From Paraspadella gotoi (lineage: Eukaryota; Animalia; Chaetognatha): 64,000 nt of DNA. Numbering within the stretch: the first letter of the stretch is position 1; every line of letters begins with the position of its first letter. Made by a program: the position numbers and the translations under genes. The notes under the pieces were generated by a model that was given only the letters and a program-made list of their open reading frames with translations, was not told the DNA's origin and made no database searches. The DNA is taken from the NCBI GenBank assembly GCA_051294375.1, contig CM119270.1, positions 16,923,904 through 16,987,903 of the forward strand, written 5' to 3'. Positions 1 through 12,811 of this stretch are shown here, in pieces.

Positions 1-100
1 CGACTCGAAAAACTATTGAATCGACTTAATTGTTCAATTATCAATCGACAATCAATCAATCATTCAATTAGCAATCAATCAATCAATTTTAATTCTCAAG

Positions 101-3100
101 GCGGTGGACCTTTTCGACGCCATGCTTCAGCACGAAATACACGGAGAAAGACGCTCTCAGGTGACATTACGTTATGACATATGACATTAATGTTATGACA
201 TTATGACATTATGTTATGACATATGACATTAGGTCATGACATATGACATTATGTTATGACATATGACATTATGTTTTACTGTTTCAATGAGCGAGAAAAA
301 CTTTAAGCCGAATTCGACTAAGAAATTAAATATTAAATTGAAAGGCTCTTTTGTTTTCAGGGATGCTGCGCGATCTGGCGTCGGCGCTCAAATATCTCCA
401 TCATCTTTCCATCGTTCATCGGTGATTCTATGTTGTCGTTGTTGTTTTTCGTCGTCGTTGTCGTTATCCGTCGACCCTTTTGTTATTTATGTCTGGGCCT
501 CTCGTCGTTCAACCGGTCGACACGACGCCTTAATCTTATTTGCATGTAGAAATTTTTATAAGCCTGCTGTGTAAATTAAGGGATATAAATTTGAGGTTTA
601 AAATATAAGTAAGATTTTAATTGGCCACTTCTTGACGAGAATTGTCGTAAGAATTAAAGCGACCTAAGCTGGTATCACAGGTATCAGCCTTTCCGGTTAA
701 AAAATTATTCAGACCATTTTGATTCGATAAATGCCGAGACAAAAAGATTTGTAGCTATTTAAACCAAAGTTAACAATAAACAAGAAAATTTATTACTTGC
801 AATACACGGAATACTCGAGGGTAACTAAAACGTAAACGAGTTTGTTTCGCGTGATTAATTTTCTGTCAAATCTTTTTGGACAGCGACGTCAAACCGGAAA
901 ACCTTCTCGTCTGCTCGCAAGATGGCGACGGCGTGAGGCGAGGAAGGAAAACGCTCAAGTTGGGAGATTTCGGCCTCGCGACGGAAGTACACGCCCCACT
1001 CATGACGGTGAGAGAAGAGACGAAAAATAAAGACTAAAAGAAAAAAGGGGGTTATGTGACGGTATATTCATACCGCTTCACGTCCACCATCGTTCAGCCA
1101 AATCCATTGGCTCAGAGGGGGAACGCACCATCCCAGGCGTCGTGTTCCATCCTCAGTCCTAACGACTTCCCTCTGCGTTGCCAAAGCGAGACCGTCCTAG
1201 GGTAACCTCGCCAGTGACTGGATGCGTCACTGAGGGTCGGAAGCCCCCAAAGCCAACAGTAAGATGCCCCATCCCAATGGGCGTCACAGACAACCAGGCT
1301 GTTGCCATAGTTAGAAAGAAAACGGAAAGATTGAAATTTGAAAATGTGTTTGTCAATCTATGTATAATAATACATAATAATACATTGTATATAGAAACAA
1401 TCGGAAAAAAAAGGGAAAAAAATGAAAATGAATGAAAAAAAAATACGAAGAGAAAAGAAATTAAGAGATCTTCCTTGATATCTCGACCTTTTATTTTAAG
1501 CGTCAATTAACCTTTTTTTATCATTTCGTTCATTTCGCCATTCAGGTCTGCGGCACGCCCACCTACGTGGCGCCGGAAATCCTAGCGGAAACCGGATACG
1601 GAGTCAAAGTCGACGTTTGGGCGGCGGGAGTTATCACATACATCCTGTTGTGCGGGTTTCCTCCTTTCTCCTCCAGCGACAACAACCAAGGTGAAAAGAG
1701 ATTGATTGATTTATTAATTACATGACTGATTTAATGATCGATTCGGTGATTGAAACAATGATTGATTGATTTATTGTCTCATTGCACAGAAGAACTTTTC
1801 GACACGATCCTCGCGGGTCACTTCGAATTCACGGCTCCGTTCTGGGACGGAATCACGAACGCCGCCAAAGACTTGATCCTTCACATGCTGCGCCGAGAGC
1901 CCGAGCTGAGGTCGTCCGCCGAAGAGGTGAGGACAGGGGGTGAGGTCGCAGGGTAGAGTCGGGTCTCCGACGTCCTTCGTCTTTTATATTCGATTTGATC
2001 TTCAGGTGTTGGAACATCCTTGGATTCGTGCCGACGAAGTCGATTATCCGGACGACACGCGCGACTTGAGAATGGAGGTGAGTCATTCGTTCATTCATTC
2101 GTTTATTCATTCATTCATTTTTTTATTCATTCATTCATTCATTCGTTCGTTCATTCATTCATTCATTCGTTCATTCATTCATTCATTCATTCATTGAACC
2201 CTTCATTTATTCGTTCATTAATTCATTCAAAATTGATTCGTACCTGTATTTTGTTAGTTTGCTTTTTAATTATTTATTAATATTTGTTCCGCTCGCCAGG
2301 TGGCTCCTCGTCTCTTCAGCGAGATGGTGCCGAAGAGTCCGAACAAAACGGCAAAGGGCGCCGCCGGCGTCATCGCAAAAACGCCTTTGGATAAGAAATC
2401 GAGATATTTCGCCGGTCGGTATCTCTAAATTAATTAATGAAATTTGATATTCAATGGTGCCAAACATTTTGATCGTTTAACTTTCGGTGATTCGATATCT
2501 TTTTTTAGGTCGAAGGTCAGCTCCGGTCGGGGCGCCATCTTCGAACCACGACGATGACGTTACAGGTCAGGAAAGAAAACAGGGGGAAAAGGGAAGATAA
2601 AAAAAAAGAAAAAAGAAAGAAAAATTATGAAAAAGGAAACATGAAGTGAGAAAAGAAAGGGATAGAATGTACTTTGTTCATAAAGTAAAGAAGGTAGTAA
2701 GGAAGTAGTAAGGAAGTAAAGGGTAGGCACTCTACTAGTAAAAAAAATTAAAAAGCGTGAGTGCACGTTAATTTGAGATTTAATTTCTTTTTATTTAATT
2801 ATTTTGATGGACGGCAGAAATCAAATGCAGCTTCTGTCGTCGTCGCGGCGGACGAACTGCGTCAAACTCTTCGTTCGGATCTCAAGACGGTCACCATCAT
2901 CATCATCATCACCATCATCACAGGTGTGACTGACTGAACTCAGGAGATTCATGACAATCTTCAACGATCCTCGATCTTGCCGGAATTTTCTTTTACGTAA
3001 TTTCCAACCCCCTCACCAGTTAATCCAAATCGAAGACGAACAACGATCTCACCGGTTTTCGAACGACCTCAAGAATGGACACAAAGAAGAACCAATCAGC

Positions 3101-3139
3101 GTTCAGAATTGCGCCCCATTAACGGATGAAGTTTTCTAA
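101..3139 (+). CDS. DCLK: Doublecortin-like kinase, 3' part (C-terminal kinase lobe and tail); 5' exons lie before the window
   Basis: Exons at about 101-160, 361-421, 884-1007, 1546-1690, 1790-1927, 2006-2077 and 2300-2412 splice to [30 protein letters not shown]...[12 protein letters not shown]...[41 protein letters not shown]...VLEHPWI. The tail [16 protein letters not shown] resembles the DCLK1 tail AGVSVIATTALDKERQVF. The last exons (2509-2565, about 2818-2923, 3020-3139) have uncertain phase, and exon 101-160 contains apparent indels. Confidence 0.88.
163..273 (+). repeat. Minisatellite of TATGACAT / TTATGTTATGACA units in a DCLK intron
   Basis: About ten recurrences of ATGACAT at 7-13 nt spacing are directly visible. 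Confidence 0.85.
1046..1322 (+). other. GC-rich, highly self-complementary intronic insert (tRNA-derived SINE-like element or structured ncRNA)
   Basis: Five or more stems; A-box-like TGGCTCAGAGG at 1108-1118; B-box-like GTTCCATCC at 1144-1152; flanking AAAGAAAA at 1037-1044 and 1315-1322. Confidence 0.4.
2083..2228 (+). repeat. (TTCA)n microsatellite
   Basis: Directly visible imperfect tetranucleotide repeat in a DCLK intron. Confidence 0.9.
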
Positions 3140-5373
3140 TTGGTTGACGAGTATTTAGGATTATTTTTTTTTTATTACACTCAGTATTATTATTTATTGG
3201 GCTTAATTTGTGCATCAACTTGCGCCGTCCGATTTTGATTGACATTCCTTCAAAATTATTTCTCCTCAATAAGAATCCAGCTTTATTTATTTTTTTAACC
3301 TAAATTTCTATATTTTTGGTCTCGATTACGCATTTGTTATCATGCTTCCAAGTCTTTTTTTTTCAAATTTGTTTCTTTGTTTGCTTTTAATGTGGCGAAT
3401 GGGGAGAAATGAATTTTATCAGTGAGGAGTAATTAAACATTACTTCATTCATTAGTTCATTCTTCCATTAATTTTTTTATCTTTCATGAATCATTCATGA
3501 ATCAATTATTCTTGCTTCAAAAACGGACGCAGTGACGCCTACGTAGTACGTACGTACCTTAATCTACAGGATCAAGTGCGTTTTAATACATACTTAGAAA
3601 GTAAAGTTAATTTCCCCTCTCATGGTCACCCAAAAAGCTTAATAATTTGTGCACTTTTTGTAAATGGGTTACTATCTACGTATTTTAAACTTTGATGTCG
3701 CTTAATTGCAGCATGTTGTAGCGATTTATAGTCATAATCGTAATCAATCTGTTTCAAATAAAATTGTTTTTGAAGAACTGGTTTACAAATAATTTCCGCA
3801 TAAAAAATAAAAATCATCATCGAAAATACCCTAAAGCTATATCCAAAAATATCTCTAGACTTGCTACTGTCTAGATCTTATTGATTTTTCAGTGTCGGTA
3901 TACTTTTAATTTTATCATTGTCATGATTTTTACTGAGGTTACATGACTAGCTGAATCAGATCATCTAATGACAGCATTAAATTACAACGTGAGTGTTTGT
4001 TGATTACTTTAAAGTCCGTTGTAAAGATGAGCAAATTTAAAATCAGAAAAAAGTTGTTGAGGAAAACAGCTTGTATAATAGAGTGTCGTCCTTGCTATTG
4101 TGTTTCCTCTCCCTTCTCTAAGCTCTTCTTCGCCTCGTGCTTCCCTCTTTCGTCTCTCCTCTGAATTTCTCCCCGCATCGCTCCTCCTCCCCTTCCTCTT
4201 CCTCCTCCGCCTCAGTCGTTTATTCTATCACTCGACTCGAGCTTTGTTGTGTTATGGATGGATTTCCTTTGCGAATTTCTCCCAACTAAGTGGTATAATC
4301 TGGACGTAATGGGCGTGTCTCTGCGCCGGTCGACTCTCCGGGACGAACCTCTCTCGGCGTGAAGCTTCGCTCCTACCGAATTCCGTCGAATCGAACCGAA
4401 AAAATAACGTTTCTCCATTTTGCTCCACGGACCAATTCGTGCGTATCTTTGCTCACTGCAACGTCACGGTCCGCGGACGTTTCGCCGAAATTGCTTTCCG
4501 TCTGCGGAGGTTTTCTGCAAGGGAGCCCGCCACGTTTCATGTGGTTTCTTTATTTTAATATAATTTTTTCTTTGGGAAAAAAATTAAACGACTTAAATGC
4601 GGAGCGGAAGTATTACGATCTTATTTCTATTTCGCGTAATAAGTAGTAGGCCTAGTATAATATCAAAAAACTTCATGAAGCTTCATGAATTTTTTCAACA
4701 AGGCTCTTCAAAATTGGACTATATGAATTGGAATTATATATTTTCGTTCTTACACGTTCTTTCAATTGTAAAAACAGATTTTTAATTTTTCTCTATTAGA
4801 ACTAACTTAAAATTATAAAAAATAATTTGAAAACAATTTTTTGAAAAAAATATTACATGAAACAAATTTTGACGAAAATTGTTGCTTGACTCTGTTTTGT
4901 ATAAACTTTAACGTCCTTTTTAGAATGAATTTTTTTTTCCACAAATTCAATTTTTAATAAAATGCTTTTAATAAAAAAATTAGGCATCACCTTGGAAGTT
5001 CTATCTAATTTATTTAGTTATATTTATCAAAAAATATTTGAAAGTAACTCTTTTCCTTAATCTCAGGTGCTAATTATGTGGTAATTAAAGTTTAATCATG
5101 TGAACTGACGTTTCAAAAATGTTTTAATTGAAAGTTATCGATCACCATCCGATTTTAAAGTTTCGCTCATCAAAGTTTAAATTCTCTCGCGGATCAAATT
5201 CTTAAAATATTGGTTCCATCCCCAAAAATTACCCATTTGCTTCCAATCGCCTTTTTTGGTTTCTTTTCGTCTCCCACTCGGTCTTTTCTTTCTTCATCTA
5301 GTATTCTTTGCTCAATGCTCACTCGCATTCGGCTCTCCATATAATTCCTCACTTTTGTCTCTTGTCCCATCTC

Positions 5374-5377
<4 letters not shown>

Positions 5378-5428
<51 letters not shown>
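5378..5428 (+). repeat. (TC)n microsatellite
   Basis: Directly visible. Similar TC/GA tracts occur at about 6015, 9070, 9655, 12712-12810, 15148-15202, 41696-41768 and 47632-47697. Confidence 0.95.
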
Positions 5429-5430
<2 letters not shown>

Positions 5431-6010
5431 GGTCCTCTTCCCATTCTCTTCTCATCCACCTCACGCCATATATTCATGGTTCCGCTCTTCCTCACTACAG
5501 CGGCTCATGACTGGCCTACTTGCTCCTCGCCCATAACATGGGATCTTTTATACCTCGAAAGCTTCAACACTAAGAGCTACACCTCTGCAATTGTCTCCTC
5601 TTTCTCTCTCTCTCTCCAATCCCTTTCCACCTCCTATTGTGGAACGGCGGGAGGGGCGCTGCTCATTTCCCTAAAGGCTTTGCCCCAATAATGGTCGGTT
5701 CACGTCTCCCCCCTTCACTTTCCCGGTCCCCCTCCACACCCCATTCACGCTCTACCAGGCTGTGAGCGGAATGAAAGTCGAGGTTTTTGTGTGTGTGTGT
5801 GTGAAACTATCTTTTCTCTCTCACTCCTTTCTCGTTTTATCTTCTCTTACAGATTTAGGGCTTAATGAAATTAGTCGGGGTCTCCTGACTAAAGAATAAG
5901 GGAGAGAAACTTGAAACTCTCCTCTCCCCCCCTTGCTCACGCCACGCCCCCATCACTCCAGTCGATCCCCTCACGACAAGAAACCCATTTCTCTTTCCCT
6001 GTCGAGCTCG

Positions 6011-6048
<38 letters not shown>

Positions 6049-7102
6049 TTCGTTCCGCATAAGCCGATCGTCTGGAAAGAGAATTGAGAGGGAGAGAAAA
6101 TCAATCGTTTTTTAACCCGTTCCGACGTCCGTGTTTTTATTTTCACTCTATTTCTCTTCTCACTGAACCCATTTTTCCCCTTCCCCTCATCCCGCGTCCC
6201 CTGATACTCTAAACTTTCTTCTATGAACTGAAACCCAAATCGCGTTTTTATTTATTCCGCGAATAAACACGAAATCAAAAAAACTCAACTCTCGGTGAAG
6301 GTTCACCGGAAAATGTGATCTCGCCGCCCCGGGCGCGCAGTGTCGACGCGACATCGGCGGACCTCCCGCTCACTTGCCTCCTCCTTCACTCAGTCTCTCT
6401 CTAGATTTCGGCGTCTTTCTCACCCTCTCGCCATTCGACATGACGTGACAGCGGGAGCGTTCTTCCATGTCGAACCATGTCGTCAGTCGGCCGAAACGAC
6501 CCTCATCTTCCCCGCGCCGCCGCCGCTGCAGCTGCATACGACGGAACGACGACGACGAAGACGCCTCTTCGATACTCTTCCGTTGACCGGGACGCGAGAT
6601 ACGTGGGCGCGCTTCCCTCCGACGGAGCCCATCAATGGGACAACAGCAAGTGATTCCACAGCGAGAGGGAGGTGGCGACTCCGGTAACGACAGCGTGTCT
6701 TCCACAAGGTAGGGTTGTGGCGTTGGTGTTTCCATCAAGGAATTCTAGGACTGACGTTTTTAAAAAGACGAGACGGAACAGGCGACAGCCGACTATGAGT
6801 GGCGACGTCTTTAACCGCTTAGGCAAATATTCTGGCCCTGAATTTCATTTTTCTTTGGGGCGTTTTTAGCGAGGCGACGTTTCCCGCAGTTTAATTCCCG
6901 TTTTATTTCCAAGTTTTCGCCTCGACCGAGGACCGAGCTCCCTTTTTTCGCCCTGATATTTTCTTTCCTCCCTTCGTCTCCAAACTTCATCTTCCCCCTT
7001 TTTTGTATTTTATTTATTTCCGCCTCAGTTCTTTGCGATTCTTTCTTTGCTTCTTTTTTCTTGGCAAATTCTGTATGTTTTCCCCCCCTTTACCCTCCCC
7101 AT

Positions 7103-7218
7103 TTTTTCTTTTCCTCCTTTTTTCTTTTCCTCCTTTTTTTTCTTTTCCTCCTTTTTTTTCTTTTCCTCCTTTTTTCTTTTCCTCCTTTTTTCTTTGCCCC
7201 CTTTTTTTCTTTGCCCCT
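7103..7218 (+). repeat. About 18-nt pyrimidine tandem repeat (TTTTCCTCCTTTTTTTTC-like)
   Basis: Five to six imperfect units are visible. Confidence 0.75.
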
Positions 7219-7570
7219 GTGTTAAGCTACCAGCGACTGACTCAGTCATTGTAGTTACAATTCAGGTTACGAAACTAATCTACAACAATTTTGACCATTT
7301 ATACCATAATAAACTTGGTTGATGTTACATAAATACAAAATGTATACCTTTTTGGTGTTTATATGTAGTTTAGGCCATGTTCCTTTGTTTATGCTCAATA
7401 TATTTTGATCTTTCTTTCCGTTTCATTCCTTGCTCATCCGCTCTCAACCCACGGCACTTTCTTTTTTTTTTCATCGAAGTTTTCGTTGTTTTTGTTTTCG
7501 CAGAAAGCGAAGTACCAGCGGCGGATCTGCCAAGATTCGTGAGGAGGGAAAGTCGAACGATTCCTGCAGC

Positions 7571-10500
7571 ATGAGAGCCATAACGTCCAAAGGTGCCCCC
7601 TGGGGGAGCGTTGCGCGTGGGGGGGGGGGCAGAGGGGCTTGGCGTTGAGGCAGGTGGATGGTACAGCAGTCGTAAACAGCGAACAAGGGTAGAAGGGCTC
7701 GTTACAGCGAAAACTTTGTGGTCGAAGGGTGAGGGGAGTGGGTACTGGGTAGGAGAGGTTAGTTAAGTGGGCGCGGCACTCGACGACTTTGGCGGTCGCA
7801 GATAAAATTCGAAACTGAACAAGAATATCCCCCTCCAGGGAGATAGAGAAAGAAAAAAATGATTTATACATTATCGGTCTTCCCCGGATTATATTTAAGG
7901 GGTGGGCGCCAGAAACAGAATGAAGCGGGAAAAACTGGCCTCCTTTTTTATTCTCTCCACAAATCGACTAAATGGTTTTTCATCTTTGAAGGCAGCAAAA
8001 ACTTTTTTTCTGTGAAAGAGCGGATCGGGTAAAGGGGGAAAGGTTTGGTAGAAAAGGAAAAGTCCGCAAGAGTGAAGTTAGACGTACGTAGAGAAAGATG
8101 TTTAAACTTTAAAGAAATAAAAATTAACTTTCAAAAAAGAAAGACTAAATGTTAGCGTCAAGGCTCGCCGCGTCAGAGCAGTTTCAACTTTAATTGATAA
8201 ATTAATAATGTTTTGTACGAAAGAAACGGAGGAAAAGAATAACTTCGAATTACGTCTCATACAACAATAAAACTAAAAAAGTTATAATAATAATAAAAAG
8301 TTTTTTCTCGGTGGGATTAAGGTCTGACTAATTCAATTACTATCCTTTTGTTTTATTAAGGGGTTCTTTTAAGTTTTTTTTCCTCGCGATGGTTTTGTTG
8401 TCCCAGTTGCGCCCGCCTGACCCAGTTCGGTTAACTCAACTCTCTTAACTGTCAACCGTCAAAATTGTGTCGACTGTCATAGCGTCGTACGTACTAATAT
8501 GGCCAGTTCGTACTCTTTTACATCTCCCTTTCATTGAGGAACCAAATTACTCTTAAACTTAATATTTTTTTTCGTCCTAAATATGGTTTTAACAAATAAA
8601 AAAAACCTTTTTGTATGTATTTAAAATCTTGCATATTCTAAAATGGTTAACGCCATCCCTCGGGCGAGTCCCATGCAAATTTGCTTTCTCATATTTTTTT
8701 TTCTTTTGATGTTTTTCTCTTGATTTGTTTCATCTTTTCTCTTTCTCTTTCGCCGCAGACAACAACGCGGAGTCATCGCCCGCCACTCCCTCCTCTCCTT
8801 GTTCGCACTTCAAGAACGCCGCCGCCGCCGCCGCCGGCTGCTGCGCCTCCGCCGCCTCTTCGGGTAAAGCGGGGCGAGGGGGGGAATTTGGCCGTTGGGG
8901 GGGGGAGAGATTACTGGGGGAGGGAAACAAAGGGAGGGGCACCCTGACTTCTTCGGTCGGGCAAAAGAGCCAAGGGGTTCTAAGAATAAAAAGAAAGCGC
9001 AGAGGGGGATTTGCTCTTGTCGTTCGCGGACTAGCGAGGCTGCTAGAATGGCAACCAATCTCAATCTCACTCTCTCTCTTTCTCTCTCTCTCTCTCTCAG
9101 GAACGGCGTCAGTGACGGCGCAACCGCTGCCGAACAAAGATAAGAACTCGATAAAGTCGGCTGGGCCGGCGGAGGAGGGGGAGATCGGCGACGGGGGGAT
9201 GCAGGTGAGGTTTTTGAAGAGAGCTGTGTAGAGGAAAAGGGGTGAAGTCTCGATTTTGAGATGAAAGACAGAGAGAAAGAGAGAGATATAGCACGCGCCA
9301 TTCGCAACTAGACGAAATCATTGTCGCTCGCCGAAAAAATGGAGACTTTCTTTTTCGAGTTCCATATTTTTCGTCAGCAGATTTGGTCGAGTCCCGATTT
9401 AAAAAAAAAACTGACTGTCCTGACAGCTTGGGTAGTTGGGTTCGCTTTATAATTAAAAAGAAACTGGGGAGAAAAGAAAACTTACGCTTAGTTCGATTCT
9501 CGATAACAACTGAGCCCCGGATTAGAGTGGAGAGACGCTCGTTAAGTGGAGAGGAAGTTTGTCGTTCTATGTTTTTTTACTTTTTTTTTCCCAACGTTTT
9601 TTTCTTGTTTGATTTGTGCAAAAGCGACTCTGAGCGAAGGTAGCGATGGAGGAAGAGAGAGAGAGAGAGAGAAGAGAGAGAGAAGAGAGAGAAAGAGAGA
9701 GGGGGGAATGGGTGGCCTCACTTTTTTTTCGCAAAACCGGTCTCCGCGATGATGGAGGAGAAAAGAACGTTTCGTTTAAAAGGATGCGGGAGGAATTCTC
9801 GTGAGAGAGAGCGAGAGAGAGAGAGAGAGAGAGATAAAAAAAAGGGCTGCGGCCCTTTCAAGAGAGAACCCCGATAACGGCGCGGAAAGGATGACGGACG
9901 ACTGAAGTCGGGAAATGTGGATTAGAGTGGCGAAGGTGTTCGCAAAAAGGGGGGGTGTAAGAGTGTTAAAAAAGGGGCCGGGGGAATGATCGGGCGAGTG
10001 ATTTTAACTTTTCAGTTGGAAGTGAAGGAAGCAGAAGAAATTCTCACAAAAAACTAAAAGGGCGTCTCGCGAAAGGGGGCGTGTCTAATGGATTCGCCCA
10101 AGAGACGCTGCTTTTCTCGAAAAAGGGAAAAGGTGTAGCCTACGGATTGCGACGGGGTTTTTCGCTTCGCTTAGATACAAATACGCGATTTGTGAGGCTC
10201 CGTCTCTGAAGGAAGAGGGGGTGGCCCATTTTGTCTGCATATTCTTCCCCCCCCCGTCTCGGCCAATGCCATCCAACGGACGAAGAGGCCCCCTTTGATC
10301 GTTAACGGAGGAGCGAATCGATAACGCGGGGAAAAGCCCCCCTAACCACGTTAAAGGCGTTTTATGATAACCGGCTGGCGCGTGCGATGAGGGTTTTAAG
10401 GATAAGAGAATACCTTTCACTCAACGTTATTTTAATCCATTTCGCCCTCCTTCCCCTCCTCCCTCTGCTCCTTACCTTTCCTCCTTCAACGACTGTCCCA

Positions 10501-12762
10501 TTTTCCAAACCAATCGCTTTTCAAATCCTCTGCTCACTTTTATCATCACTCCTCCAACTTGGCTTCTGTCATTTCCACTCCATTGCTGCCAACCCTCCGC
10601 TTTTCACAGCCTCATACGAACGGCAACGTTTCTCCAATGGGTTTCCTTGACGACGACGAAGCGACGCGAGCCAGCAGGTATGTCTGGAAGGGTGGTGATT
10701 GGTGACGTGTATGATGGTGGTTGGGCTAGCAAAAGTTAACAAGAGAGGATTAGGAGTTCAGAAGTGATGGAAATATTATTGTAGCGTTATATCTAAAGAA
10801 CTCAAATGGGTATAGATAGAAGAAAAAGATATTACTTTCAATCGAATCATAAAATAGAGCCTTTTTCTCCTTTTTCAAACCTTTTTTTTTCAACCGATGA
10901 CCCTGCTAGAATTTCTAAAAACCCCCGCCTCTTGAGTAGGGTCGCATGTGCCAAGAGGTTAACCAAAAACCGATGGCGCTAAAACAACAGCTATTTTGGT
11001 GTTTTTTTAGAAAGCTCAAAGAGCCCAGCTCTTTATTTACAGATGGTAGTGACGCATTGTAATTCAGTGTCTCCCAATTACAATTTTAGTATGGTTACCA
11101 ACGGAAAAGAGGCCTTTTTTCCCCCCTTTTTTTGGCCGAGCTGTTTTTCCGCTCTTTGAGCGGTGCTGTCGAACTCGTTTCTACTCCTCCACCCTTCTGG
11201 GATATTTCTCAAACGGCGCTGATTAAATTGCGTTAAAAAATCTAGATAAAAGGGGACAGAGACAGAGATGACAGTTTTATTAGTTGATAAGGTTAACACA
11301 TTGTATATTACATTTTTTTAACTTTCTACCTCGCCGGTTCCACTTTTGGTCTTTTTTACAGAGGAAATCTTAAATGTTTTTTTTCCCTTTCTCCGCCAGC
11401 TTCTTGTCATCGCCGTCTTCGGCGTCGTCGTCGCACGAATTAAGTCAAAGCGCGACGCTAACTAAATCCGCGTTGAAGAGCGAGCGGCGACATGGAGACC
11501 AAAAAAAGACGCGGAAACAGGTGGGTGGGCGTGGCAAGAGTTGACGGACCCTAGTGGGGGACTGAACTCCTTGGAACGGCGAAATACGGGGAGGGAAACG
11601 CGCGATGTGGACTGGTCGATGAGAATTGTGCGTGTGCGTAATTACTCGGGTCTGTCGAGGGCGGATTCAAACTCGAGGGGAATAGAACGCCACCCCGAAT
11701 CTCATTTGCCCGCTGGGCGGGGGAGAGGGAAAGGTATGACGGTGAAAGAAAAAAAAAATCTGTCCGTGTTGCGAAGAGGTCGCCGTTTGTTTTGCGATCA
11801 ATTCTCGCGGGAGTGCTTCCGTCTGCGTTCCAGCCGTCGACCTGCTCTTTTTCTCTTCAGGTCCTCCTCCCCCTCCCCCCTTTCCCCTCCTCCCCCTCCA
11901 CCCACCTCCCTCTCCACCCACTTTTCTTCGCCCTCCTTTTCAATTTTCTTCTCTCTCTTCCCGGTTGCACGCGGATGACTTCTCTTTATCTTGGTGCTCG
12001 CTCGTTTCTTTTGCAACCGGAATGAGTCATTGTATTTTGCTATTCAATTTAATCAGATTTCTCCTTGTGGTCTTCAATTTATTCTTTTGTTTATATTTCT
12101 ATTTTATTTTTTTAATTAACCAGATGTCAAAATTTATAAATTCTCAGCCTTAAAATATCGAAGAAATATTTAGAGATTTACTACCTGATTTATCATTGCC
12201 AATGACGTATATTTTCTTACGTGCAAAATCTTAGATAAAATTAAAATAATGCAACTTGAACTTGTATTAACAGTTATAGATTGTAAAATTGTATTTATTA
12301 AAATTTCCGAATAAATTGATTCACGTTAGCATTCTTTTAATTTATTTTCAAATTGTTTTATTGAATACGTAAATTACATTATCCCAAATACTGAAAATGC
12401 TAAATAACCTTTTCTTTACGATTTTCTGTCTCCCCGACGACCGCACCTCCTTTTCCCTCACTCCCTCCCCACCCTCCTGTCCCACCTGTCTCTCACCTCT
12501 TTCCCCTTCGCCCCAGACTCTGGACAAATAAAAAAAATAAAAAATCCGTGACGAACGAATGATTTCATCGAAGTCGATGTAACGATTTTGACTTTCGAAT
12601 CTTTTTTTTTTCGGAAATTCGGATCCTCGGGAGAAATAAACCAATAAACGCATAAAAAATATATACATAGACGAATTGGATAAGAAGTTGGCGCCGTGAC
12701 GTCGTTTCTGTTTCTCTCTTTCTCTCTCTCTCTTTCTCTCTCTCTCTTTCTCTCTCTCTCTT

Positions 12763-12811
<49 letters not shown>

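Noticed and set aside
1120-1165. Minus-strand CTGAGGA as a hammerhead ribozyme core
   Set aside because: No GAAA follows the putative stem II, and the wobble pairs favour the opposite strand.
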